DNA of 63,387 nt, filler included, from Phoronis australis (lineage: Eukaryota > Animalia > Phoronida), in assembly GCA_002633005.1 (NCBI GenBank). It is 8 parts of 8 records of this genome, joined end to end, with 100 filler letters (N's around TTAATTAATTAA, not from the genome) between each part and the next. Parts side by side here need not be neighbours in the genome. Positions count along the whole stretch, not along the records: positions 1 to 26,763 come from NMRA01001115.1; 7 more parts are not named here. One strand, given 5' to 3'. The notes under the pieces are model-generated. The model was given only the letters and a program-made list of their open reading frames with translations. It was not told the origin of the DNA and did no database searches. The position numbers were made by a program, and so were the translations under genes. Position 1 is the stretch's first letter; each line of letters opens with the position of its first letter. This document shows, one piece after another, positions 1 to 11,677 of this stretch.

Positions 1-804
1 TTTTTTTCGAAACAAACAGTAACGTTGTTTTTCTTTTCTCTTTCTTTCAGGGGAAGGTTGGGAATTAATCGTTGTTGTTTTGAGTTTACGGCCTGTGTTC
101 ATTTCCGTTCACCTTATTTTGCTTTAGCTGCAGTGTGTTACTTTGCTGCTATTAGGCCTACAGTCATTCATCCCTGAGTGAAAGTCCTGACCAATGTCAA
201 GCCAATTATTCGTCTTTCCGAATGAGTTGAAAGGACTGTTATGCACTGTGAAGAAGATTTGAGTAGGCCTACTGGCAGACGATGTTATCAATCTCAGCTT
301 TTTAGTCTGGATTCATAAACATCCATTTTTTGCATGGTTTCAGCTCATCCGTTTTCTTCTAACATTTTTCCTGTTTGGACTCCCATCCAAGCATGCAACG
401 TGTTCAAGTTGGACCTGCATGTTAGTATGAGCCCTTAGGCTTATTTGCACAAATGACCTTTTAAAAAGAGTGTCTCTGAATGTTGCAGATTTTTGAACTT
501 TACATGGACAGGCAGAAGGTTCTGTCAAAATGTTGCAAAGCCAAACGATTTCCCAGTTACATGTATCTGGCTTAGTATGCAAGCACGCATCCTATCACGT
601 AGTCAATTTTCCAGTGCTCATTTCAGAGACAATTTCCACAGTGGCCTAATTTTCCTCTGCCTGCGTTCTGGTATGCCTGTTTTGTGCGAGTGTTGTCGCA
701 TTTTCTTGAATCAGGTCGCGAGAGGTAGAGGCTTTTGAAATTTATATCATTGCTGGCATGCTTAGATGGTACGGTAAATCTGTCTTAACTTTCGACAATG
801 GAAA

Positions 805-1055
805 CAGTGGCGGATTTAGGGGGAGGCCATTGCCTCCCCTAAAATTCCCCAAGATACCACTTGGGGGGCGAATGCACAATGCACATGCCTTGAACAAAGC
901 CCGTTCCCCCTTTTTTAGTAATGAGGGCCACAAACCCAAATTTTCGAGACCCTTGCATCCCTACATTTTAGGCTGGGCGCACATGTGGCGAAATTGTGGT
1001 TATTCCTGTGCCCTGCCCTTCCCCTCCCTAACTCAAAATCCTTTATCTGCCCCTG
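805..1055. mobile_element. MITE, CAG(T/G)GGCGGAT-TIR family
   Basis: cagtggcggattta ... tatctgcccctg; flanks ggaaa/gaaaa; internal similarity to 15563-15840 and 18533-18713. Confidence 0.75.
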
Positions 1056-1912
1056 GAAAAGGGTCATGTCGGTTGTTTACAAGGAAGTGAGAATTATTTT
1101 GTCTTTAAAAATGTAATTTGAAGTTAAAGTGGAATGTTTTTATATGAGAAACGACTATTGTATGTCCTTCCGTTGAGACCATGTGCTTATATTTGAAACA
1201 AATGCGTTTTTCCGATGGCTTACAAGGGTCTATTCCCAAGCTACACTTGTGAGCGCAGGCAGGAGACCCTTGTACGAAGACTGGATGTTTCATGTCTTTA
1301 ATCATTCCTAGTATTTTATAATTAACTAGTAAAAGCTGCAGTCCGCCATGTTTAGCTTCATGAAAATGAAAATCGAACTAGGTCTTTTAGTCTCATAACG
1401 TTGGCCTTATGATAGTCCTTACCGTGATAGGATTCTGTTCCCTTTACCATCTCTAGCCACAGGCAACGCGTACATGTGCCATTTTCGAATTCACAATTTT
1501 GGGGTTGGCCAATGCCAATTAACTGTCAAGCGTTTTCTAGTCGGTGTTGGCTTCAGCGGGGTTGTTGGCAACAGACATTTAATTATAGGATAGGACTATT
1601 GCGAGAGTAAACGGCTTAATTCGATTTTCGTTTTCAGCCAGCTATACAGGGCGAATGCCATTTTTATCTGAAGCATGTCATCATCTGTTGTCATGGTAAC
1701 TCAAGCTGTACTTACATGGCATTAACCTTACTCCTCGTTTTTACTTAATATATCGCAGTCTCACGTATGGGCGCATGACCAAACATGCTCCTATTTACGG
1801 TATTCTGTCCACTGGTGATTGTGATGTTTCGCCTTTTCTCGACAAGGTTCTGAATGCCATTAATTGAAGAGGTTTGCTGTGTACGACTTTGTGTGTAACC
1901 CATTCTCTCTTT

Positions 1913-1988
1913 CGTTATTATTATCATTATCATTATTATTATTATTATCGTTGTCATTTTTGTTGTTGTTGTTATTGTTATTGTTAAT
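1913..1988 (+). repeat. Compound trinucleotide microsatellite (TTA/TCA/TTG)
   Basis: Seen directly. Confidence 0.9.
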
Positions 1989-2004
1989 GTGTTTTAAGCC
2001 TGTC

Positions 2005-2510
2005 GTGCGTTCCATAAACGCGACAGCCTCGTCCACAAGCCTCAAGATGACGCTGATGGGTTTAGTCATTTGAGGCTTGGTTATGGGAAATGAAGTGTGT
2101 TAGAATTCTGACACATTTTTACGGAAATCGCCGGATATCACGAGTAATATAGTTTTGAAATTTTCTGCAGTTTTATATAAAAATGGAAATGAACGATATC
2201 TTACAGCTATTCAGGTCTATATTAGTGCAAAAATGATGTATTTTGATTCGGAAACAGATAAATTTTTATGGTACTGTAATAAGAAAGAATTGAAAATAAG
2301 TTTGCGAACAACCATTATTTCAAACAATTGCCAAAACAATGCCTTCTGCTTCATGAATGGCAGCAACAACGCGTGTGAAAATAATTAAAATCTACCTTTG
2401 TTTTAATAACGTCAAGGCAAGGGCAATTCCCATAAACAAGCCCCAAATGGCTAAACCGACCAGCTCCATCTTGAGGCTTGCGGACGAAGCTGTAAACGCG
2501 TGAACCGTGC
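2005..2510. mobile_element. MITE-like element with about 70-bp imperfect inverted ends
   Basis: 2024-2090 (acagcctcgtccacaagcctcaagatg...tatgggaa) is the reverse complement of 2427-2493. Confidence 0.65.
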
Positions 2511-2618
2511 GAAAACGTAAGATCTCGCAAGACTTCGTGAGATACTGCAATATTATAATACAATCAAAGCATATAGTCACCCTAGATTCCTTCGCGAAAT
2601 TCTTGCGTCTATAAAACT

Positions 2619-3213
2619 CAGAATTTGTTGAATACACGACACTTTTCATTTTTCACGGTCTTTATTCCGTTGCGTTCATACTTTCTGAACAAAACTCTAC
2701 TCTCTACTGAACATAGATACAGTAACTGACCTAGCGACATAATTAAAAAGACACACGATATTTCGAAACATACTTGTTTCATTCTCAAGTGAAGATAAAA
2801 TGACGCAGTAATGCCACCACAGAGTATAAGNGAGAAGCCTATTTTGAATGAGCAGCAAACAGGGTCGCGCCGCACGTTACACTTGTTTGCGTGACTTTCC
2901 TGTTACCCTAATTCTTTAGTCATTCTTTGCAGTATTTCACACCCGCCGTGTCTCACTGTGTGTGTCGTCAGCTTATACTCTGGTGGCATTACTGCGTCAT
3001 TTTATCTTCACTTGAGAATGAAACAAGTATGTTTTGAAATATCGTGTGTCTTTTTAATTATGTCGCTAGGTGAGTTACTGTATCTATGTTCAGTAGAGAG
3101 TAGAGTTTTGTTCAGAAAGTATGAACGCAACGGAATAAAGACCGTGAAAAATGAAAAGTGTCGTGTATTCAACAAATTCTGTATAACAGAAAACTTGCTC
3201 CCGAAGTACAGTC
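2619..3213. repeat. Two inverted copies of a dispersed repeat of about 380 bp (also at 33399-33697 and 38169-38551)
   Basis: 2619-2830 forward and 2832-3213 reverse, joined at a single n; same sequence upstream of both DIRS copies. Confidence 0.85.
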
Positions 3214-6200
3214 TATAAAACTCAGCAAAAGTCTCGTTTCATGCACATGGGGAGTATCACGCATTGCTATTAAATTCTGCATGGTTAAGCATAGGTTCAT
3301 TTAAAGCTAGTACATGGTTATTGTACTGTTTTTTGCTCAAAGCAATTTAAGTCTCTCAGAGTTCAATCACCGAACCTCTGAGACAATAAGAGTTCATTAG
3401 CGGGCAGACGTCATTGGGTGTTATTGCCAACTCTACGGTATTGTCACTTAGGTAACAATTACGTTTGCATTGATTATATACATGTAAACCGTGGCCATGG
3501 TTACATAAAATTTCGCCGGAGCGTCATTCAATGCATATTTTTTCATCTACTTTGAATATGTTGTTGTTTTGAAGGACGGTAACTTGGGTAATACTTACGG
3601 CACAAATTATCGTCCCTCTTGACCATGGTTATCGGATGACCCGAAAATATAAAAAGGCCATTTTTACTGATTTAGCCTAAATACGAACGTGCAGGGCGAT
3701 GCGTCTTGGTCAGCAGTCAAAGGTAATATTCTTATGGTCAAGGAATAGAAAAAATAGGTTGAGTATAACTATATGTGCTGTGAAGTCAAAACCAAAAGAA
3801 AATGCGTGAATAGAAGTCCGTGAACTAAGACATTCTACGGATGTACACAAAGAAAGACTTAGGGATTTCACAGGTGAGCAGAAACTGGGAATAAAACAAA
3901 CATGGGTGATACTAACCAGCGGTAAATAGGGTGGAAACACAGAGATCAATATGGTGACATGAAAAGAATCCTACGTTGACAACCTAACCGGTTGAGATTG
4001 GGCAACTCGACCGGTTTGCGCATCACAGATTCCGCCCGCTTAGATCAAAGACAACATGCTGTGGTAAATCAAATCGCCCCAGGCTGCTGATTTATCGTTC
4101 TCTAGATAAGGAGGACCATCATAAACACGTTGGGAGCGACAATTGTATTTTTGAATTTTCGTTGTGAAAGTACGTATACAGCATATTTGAATAGTTCGTG
4201 AAAAGCACACGTGATCAGGTTTTTGAATTTTGAAGTTGGACAAGAAATGTGATTTTTACTATCTAAAACATTTGTTTAATTTTGCAATATTATGTTCCTC
4301 ATTAATTGTGCTGTGTGTGCAACATAATTGGGCCAGTTACCAAACCACGAGGCCTCAGTTGGATTTTGAGGTAAGTCAAGCGTAATCGTACAATTCTTGG
4401 CATGGGAAAATGTACACGAAAATGTTTATTCTATTTCCTGTTGGCTGTAACCGGTGTCTTTCTTCGTGCTTATCGGCCAAATGTCTTATCCTTTCGTTTT
4501 CTTTTGTAACGCGTTTTGATTTCACGGCACGTAATGTTGCACTCGGCCTATTTTCTATTTTAATCTGTTAATATTTTCCCTACAACCGTTGATGAAGAGC
4601 GCATTGCTCGGAACCTTCGGGTTATGTCTTCAATACACGTCTTTTTATATTTTTTGTCGAAAATTGTGTGCGTGGATTTATTGTTGTTAACGGCGTAAGT
4701 TAATTATTCAACATGGTAAAATACCTATTAAAGGTCTAAATTAATTATTAACGGCGTAAATTAATTGTTATTGGCATAAATTTCTTATAGTGGCTAACTT
4801 TCTTCGTTAGCCGTGGGTAAACTGATTCTTATTTTTTTAAATCAATTATTAACGGCGTAAACTAAGTATTAACGATGTAAATTAATTATTAAGACTGTGT
4901 ATTAATTAGAATATGATATGTGCATTTTCATCGCAGAACACAGACAACCAATTTGCTTCTTAGATCATTTGTTTACACTGTTGACAATTAATTTACCCCG
5001 TTACCCACGATGAATTACTCGCGTAATTTACGTGCTTACTATTCACACGTTCGGCCAACTATACGTCCTGACCAACAACGTTATTGGAAGACGAGTGAAG
5101 GTTGGTGACGACGGACTGTTGGTGACTAGCAGCGGGTGAGGGGTGGTAACGTTCTGTGACTTGAGATACGTGATGTACCATACTTGACAGGTTACGAATG
5201 GCCTGTGATCTGCGGTGGCTGTCGAGTGTTAGAAAAGAACATTGGAAGATTGGTGAAACAACCGGTGACAATTGATATATGGCTGGTGACAAAAGGCGGA
5301 TAGTTGTTGACGGCGTGGTTCATTAGCGGTGAACGAGGATATCATTATTACTCTGCACTATCGCTGACCTACAATCATTTTCGAGCATCACCATCACCCA
5401 CCAGCATTTACCAACCTGATGCAGTGGCGGATCTAGGATATCACAAGGGGGGCCCAACATTTTGTCCGGCTGTAAGCATTTGCACCAACCACGATTGTAA
5501 ATGCGTATAGCACCGAATTGGGGGAGGTCGTGAGGGGGTTTTGTATGGTTAAAGAAATACTTTGTACGTTACAGCTATATTCTTTCACATCGTGATATCT
5601 TTGATCCACCTTCCCTATGCAAACAACTACTTCATCTTTCATTAGCAAGATAAATATGTCAACTTTAAGCAATGTTATGGGCCCGGGGTCTAGACATGAG
5701 TTTGCATAAAAGTAGAACAGAAAATCACTAAAACTGTTTCAAAGTTCGATTTCGAGTAAAACGATTAGATCCCATGTCCAGGTGTTAAAAAGCATTGCGC
5801 ATGCGTGTTCACTCCTTCAAAGGAACATCATCATGTTTTAATCCATTGTTTGAATTGAAGTTGGTTACGACAGAGAAATCGCCAGGAATTTCCCTGACGT
5901 CAGTAGTGACTTAGCGACTAATACCAACCCGCTCTGACAAGCAAGTTAACGGGCCTAGTCTGAAGCACCGACTACTTCTCAGTCCTTTTCAAGTCTAAAA
6001 CTTTTGTCAGTAATCTGTATACGGAACAAGATGGGACCTTTTGTGTACTTGACAAAAGTCACGGGCCCCGGGTATTTTGCCACTTCAGTAGACTGCAGTC
6101 ACAACTGCATGTACAGAGCAGTCATGTTAAGCCATTCCTGCACTGCACACTCAGGCTGTCGTGAAAATAAAAGTTTTACTGGCGAAAGACGTGTTACCGT

Positions 6201-6880
6201 ACTGCTGTCTTACGTGTATAAAGTGTTTAGGAAGTATTTGTGCCTGTATAAGCTGTGTTGGCTTCTTTACGTCGAGTTAAGGTTTTGTAGGACCTTGGGA
6301 AATGTCCAAATTTGGCTAATTTAGGAATTATGTCATGTCTCAGAAACGACTCTTGTCGGATTCACATGAAACTTCTGGATACTATGACTCATGCACAAGT
6401 CCAAATTAATTTAAGGAATTGTTTTTAAAGTAAAAATGTTCCACTTTTTCGTGAGGGTCAATAAAAATATAGCTTTATGGGTTTCCTTCCATCAGATAAA
6501 ACGAAAACTAAATGATTCTCTGTAACAGCCTTTTTGAGATCTCATCTTGGACATTTACGTTAAATGAAAATTAATCGCGTTATTGCAACCGTTGTTTCGC
6601 TATCGATGTACCTTTATTTAATTGTCACATTTTACCATAAAACATGGTCACGTGACCCAATGTATGCCAGATTTGTAACTATGCAGGCCTTCTACTTTCA
6701 GAAGTGTATTTACTTATTTAAGGTCTGTAGTTTTGTAGCTATTTGTGTAAATACATGTACGCAGACTTACTTTATTAAGGTCCTACATAGCCTTAAATGT
6801 TGCATGGTCCACTAGTTAGATCGACTACGTGGGTGTTTGCATGAGTTCTGGCCGTCTCCATTCCTCGGTTTGCTCCACAG

Positions 6881-9800
6881 GGACACAGCTTCACAGTGGA
6901 AGAGATGAGGCAAATCTGTTACCAAGTGATGAAAGGTGAGTAGTGTTGGACACCTGTGTTTATTGTTTTGGTTGCAGTGCACAGGACATTGCCTTCGCTG
7001 GCCGTATACAATGTCCTTAATGTATCAGCGAATATGCAATAGCCACTCTCCTGCGTTGACATAGAAGATCTCGGAACTGCATGTACGCAGGATGCTGATT
7101 GTTTTAGCAGCTGTGGTCTTGTACTCAGACTGAAGTGTTCGGTTAGTACTTCTTTTGTGTAAATTGTGTCGGTAATGCATTTCTTTGGGTGAACTGGCGA
7201 GCTTGTTCTAGTAATGTAGTTAGTTACTGTAAGTATCCGCGTTTTTTCTTTCTGTTTAAGAGAACATAGTTGATTATGTTGCTGGACTGACTGGGCCCCC
7301 TGGCCTTCCTGGCGTTGGAAAACCCGGTCCACAAGGTCAACCAGGAATACAGGGAGCGAGAGGTGAGTAGACCAATCATCATTGCTGTAAGTATACGGGG
7401 GACTGTGGGTTCTGAGGGTTGTGTGTCCTATATTAATGTGAACTGAGAGTGTGTGGTGTGGACGGAGTACCAGGTCACTGTATAGACTGTAGCACATGGA
7501 CCACCTACTCCGTATACTGTTTTCAATGGACGAAATCTGTAATCTTTCGCAGAACCCTGACATCATTGTTTATTAACGACATCAGGCAAAATTAGCAAGT
7601 TTTACTTCCGGCAAGTACGTCGTCTGCCGGTTAATCGTGATTTGAATTTTGCAATTCATTACATGACCAGGAGCATTGCCAAAAGCACTCCCGATACCAA
7701 CAGTTCTAGTATTGAAAGATATTGAACAGGGTTCTAATGCCGATATTACTTTTTTCGTTGTACTGGACAGTAAGATAGATGCGAGAATTTCCCGTCACAC
7801 TAACCGGAAACTGGAATTTATAATTTAGGAGCGTGGCGCCCCCTCTAAGAAAATGTCGGAGTTGTCTATAATTTATGCGGGTGTGTAGGCTCTCTCGAAG
7901 TATGTTCGAGAGTGTTACCGTGATGATGTGATGGGATATGATTGAGGGATAAATGCTAGAGCAACTGAATAAAAGAGCATGGTGAACGGATCCGTAGTTT
8001 AGGGAGTGTGCGTGTGAGCATATGGGAAATGCTCGTATTTGGGCGTTTTCCTCCCAAACTTCAACGAGTGTGTCAGGGTCTGCGAGAGTGGCTCAGCGTG
8101 TTTCACGAAATTAAGCTAGGGTTGAAGTCAGCCTGTCCACAACTCGAAGCCAAAAGACAGAAATCCATAACCTTCTTTGGAGCAGGCTAAAGGCCAAAGT
8201 CAAAAGAGAAAAATAAACTTTTGGCTATACTCATCGAGAAACAGGCCCCTGAAGACGCACGTGAATGGCACTAGTTGGTTTACGTTGTTGTTTACATTGC
8301 AGTTTCCTTTTAGGCTTACCAGGTCCTATTGGGCTTCCAGGAGATCCAGGATTCCAAGGTTTACCCGGAGCTCAGGGGTCACCGGGTGATCCAGGGCCAA
8401 AAGGTTAGCATCCTTTTCATTGCCGATCAGTGATTGTTTTGTTTTTGCTCCAACGTTTTGCAATCTGAACGCATTGACCACCAAGATGGTCTTATCTTTG
8501 AACTGGCAGTGAAAAAACTTCCATGACAGGGTAAATTCCAGAACAATCAAGTCTGCGTTCTGTTTATACGCTCATAGGCTGCATTAGGAATTTACGCGCA
8601 AAATTGATCACGTGATCTCATCTGACGTCGCAACAAGACGACAATGGCGTCAACTGCAGCTGTTTAAAATGCTTTCATCCTAACGCAGCCGATAAGATCC
8701 GAGTTCTTCATTCGAATTGTTTCAGCCATGCATCGGCGGGTATACTCCTCTATACGTTTCTCACTCCCACTGTCCCGATTCGTGCTTGTGACGACCAATG
8801 ACGCAATATTCAGCTGTGTGTGCACTTTTAGTGACTCGACGTCGTAACTACTAAATTTAATTTTAAAAATTAAACAATTATGCTTTAGAATACTTATAAT
8901 ACAGTTTCTCTCAGATTATACTTACTGAACTCTTTTAAGAGTACTATTCACTGTATAAAAACGGCGAATGGTTTGCACGTCACATGTTAAATGTTATTGC
9001 AACTGATATGGATGCTAACTGTTTGCACTATTTTGGCGGAAGCTATGCCTGACCAAACTGTGTAAAATCTTCAGAACTCGCGAGACTTGTATGAGAGGGT
9101 GGCGTATTTATTTCTGAAAATTGGGTTAAGGTAGAATGTTGTCCAGCGTGATCGAGCGCCAACCTTACTCCTGGGTAGACAATGAAAGTAACGCCGAATT
9201 TTCCGGTATTCTAGCCGATGAAGAAAGTTCGCAGTATCAAGCCGGTTGTGCCAATAGGTTTCGGTGGATTCGATGGCATCGTCCAAGTAATGGTCAAAGA
9301 TGTGTTACTCGCATTGTCTGTCAGGACCAGACGCTGAGACGAAGTTGTCGTCAAACTTGTTGGGAAATATAATAAATTTTGTTTATCAACACTGTACCCA
9401 TTGCTTGCTTTTTAGGTGACAAAGGGGATGTTGGTCAACGTGGGCGTCCAGGGGAAGGACGTGAAGGTAAAATAGGCCCCAGAGGACCCTCAGGTAAGTG
9501 TTTCGAGATTATAGGCGTTCACGTTTCCTCTGTGGCGCTTGAATACGTAGTACTTTTTTCTTATTGTCTCTTAGCAAAGGGTTTGATTGTTGATGATGTG
9601 CACAACGAGGCGTCAATCTATCTTACCTGTATATAGAAACGCTGTTTATTATATGCGCACACACAAACGAGCACACTTACATGTATATATGGGCGTATTA
9701 TGCTGTCATTTCGTCCGTCCATCGTAATTAGCTCCGAAACCACTTGAAGGATGTTAGTGAAATTTTATAGATATCTTCTTATTACATGTATGAATGAGAC

Positions 9801-11677
9801 TGCACGAGTGTAATGTGTCACTTTTGTCTCTGTATCTGTGAGTTTCATGGCGGATTTTCATGAAATTTGGCAACTATGTATCTATGAAGGAGACGACGTC
9901 TTCTAGTTTTCGGATGGATTCTACGTAGGGAATGCCACTTAGAGACCCCTGTTTGTCAAACCGCTCAAAGAATTACTATGAAAATTGACAGACGTGTTCC
10001 CACTGAGAAGAACAGGGTTGGCGTTTGTTTTCAGACGGCTCCAACTACTATAGCTCCCCTTGTTTCATTTGTTTTATGCGTTCACGGCTGTTTTTCTAAT
10101 CCAATGGAGGATTATTGTTAAATTTAGCAAGTTAGTGTATTTTTGGACTTGCCATATGATGACGACTTTCGGACGGATCCGATTACCGGTGTGCCCCCTA
10201 GTAGCAATTTTTATATTTTGCGTTTGCCTGTGTATCTTCGGAGTTTCGCGACATTTTTCATGAAATTTTGGGAAGAGGTATTTAGTAACGAGATGACGAC
10301 GCCTTCCTGTTTTCGGGCGATATGCCGTATTCTGCGCGGCTATGCGCTATGGAAATCGGTAGATGTCTTTCCACTAAGAAGAGTAAGGCTGACGTTAATT
10401 TTCGGACAGCGCGAGTATGGTGCCTCTTATTGGCAGTTTTGTTTTTCTTTGCGTTCGCGCTGTTTCTTAAGCCCTTTGTTGGACCTTTGTTAAATTTGGA
10501 TAGTGCATTTCTTTGAATCTTAAAAGAGATGACGACGACTTTTGCACGCTGTGCTGTCAGGTTGCAAATTTAGTTTTTATTTTTTCCCTGTGTATCTTCG
10601 GAGTTTTAGATGCATTTTTATGAAATATGGCGAATAGGTTTCTATTGATGAGACGATGACACCTTCCAATTTTGGATGGATTTGACGTATTGTACGCCAC
10701 TTAATAAAATTTTTTTAATTAGTTTCTAGTCTATTTTTGCATCCGCCTCTCTATATGGCGAAGCACTCTAAGGATCATTGAGAAAATTGGCATACATGTA
10801 TGTATTCCTACTGGGATGACAATGATTTTCGGACCCGTAGAAACAATGGTTGTCAAAGCGTTTCCTTTGGTTTCTGTTCTTTGTCGCCCGCCACCTTATC
10901 CTCCGCTTGAAGAATCGTATCATCGCTGCACATTGCTCTTGTACTTGAACCGGCAGAGTGTAAAAAGTACAGTTAAGCTTATTGTATTATTCGGCTACCT
11001 AATAGGGCTCGTTTCAGTAGCGACATGACAGAGAATCTAAACAGAGACTTGCTACAAAATGTATGACTGCTTTTAAGTCTCCGTTTAGTCACTGTGTCAA
11101 AATCATCGTTAAAGCTGTGTTTTGCCTGTTGAACCTGCTAAAAAACGAAAACAGAATTGGGCCTTTTACTCTCGTAAATCGGTCTCGTAATATTCCTTAC
11201 CCTGATAACATCTCATTTCCGTTGCCAGCTTAAGTCGCAAACTATGCGTCCACGCTCTATTTTCGAAATAAATAGCAAATTTTAGGTTTAGGCAACAGTA
11301 AAGACCTGAGACGCTTTCTTGGGTAGCTGATAGTTTCAATGTAGAGGAAATGCAATCTTTTGAGGGTAAAAACTAATATGAGGCCGATTTTACGAGAGTA
11401 ATTAGTCCCAATACAGGGCGAAATGTCGCTCAAAGTTCCGTCATTGTAGTGGAACAGGCCCTCGATTGTGATATTTGTTGCAGGACCTCAAGGTCGCACG
11501 GGCATTGGGCTAACAGGTCCGGAAGGTCCCCGCGGACCACCGGGTCCGCCAGGAGCTCATGGATTGCGCGGTCCACCGGGAGTACAGGGTAACCCCGGCT
11601 ATTGCCACTTCTGCAACTTTGGAGCGAGCGGCAACCCCAACGCAGCTTATCCTGCAAATAATAACAAGGGGCCTTAA
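6881..11677 (+). CDS. FACIT-like collagen (COL21/COL22/COL9-type C-terminus), 3' part; exons 6881-6935, 7261-7362, 8314-8403, 9416-9493, 11484-11677
   Basis: All exons have AG/GT ends with compatible phases. Spliced protein: GHSFTVEEMRQICYQVMKENIVDYVA (NC2-like), about 120 aa of Gly-X-Y with three GXG imperfections, then GYCHFCNFGASGNPNAAYPANNNKGP*. Cysteines at the COL1/NC1 junction and a terminal KGP are FACIT hallmarks. 5' exons not identified. Confidence 0.9.
7481..7640. repeat. Dispersed repeat; inverted copy at about 62843-62993
   Basis: Shared atagact.tag.acatggacc..c.actccgtatact..tttcaatggacgaaatctgt...gcaagtacgtcgtctgc. Confidence 0.8.
9690..10945 (+). mobile_element. Helentron-derived/HINE-like element with internal degenerate tandem repeats, in a collagen intron
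   Basis: 5' cgtccgtccatc seed; repeated units tgtatcttcggagttt..ttttcatgaaatttgg..gagatgacgac..ttttcggacgg; a 3' end cattgctcttgt; a fragment recurs at about 27100-27170. Classification is inference. Confidence 0.5.

Noticed and set aside
1745-2073. Poly-Ile/Asn/Leu ORFs
   Set aside because: Translations of a trinucleotide microsatellite.
4680-5330. Repeated ATTAACGGCGTAAATTA and TGGTGAC motifs as regulatory arrays
   Set aside because: Degenerate and irregularly spaced; better explained as decayed satellite or transposon interiors.
6919-7566. 215-aa minus-strand ORF
   Set aside because: Antisense to collagen exons and intron, overlaps a dispersed repeat, and has no recognisable domain.
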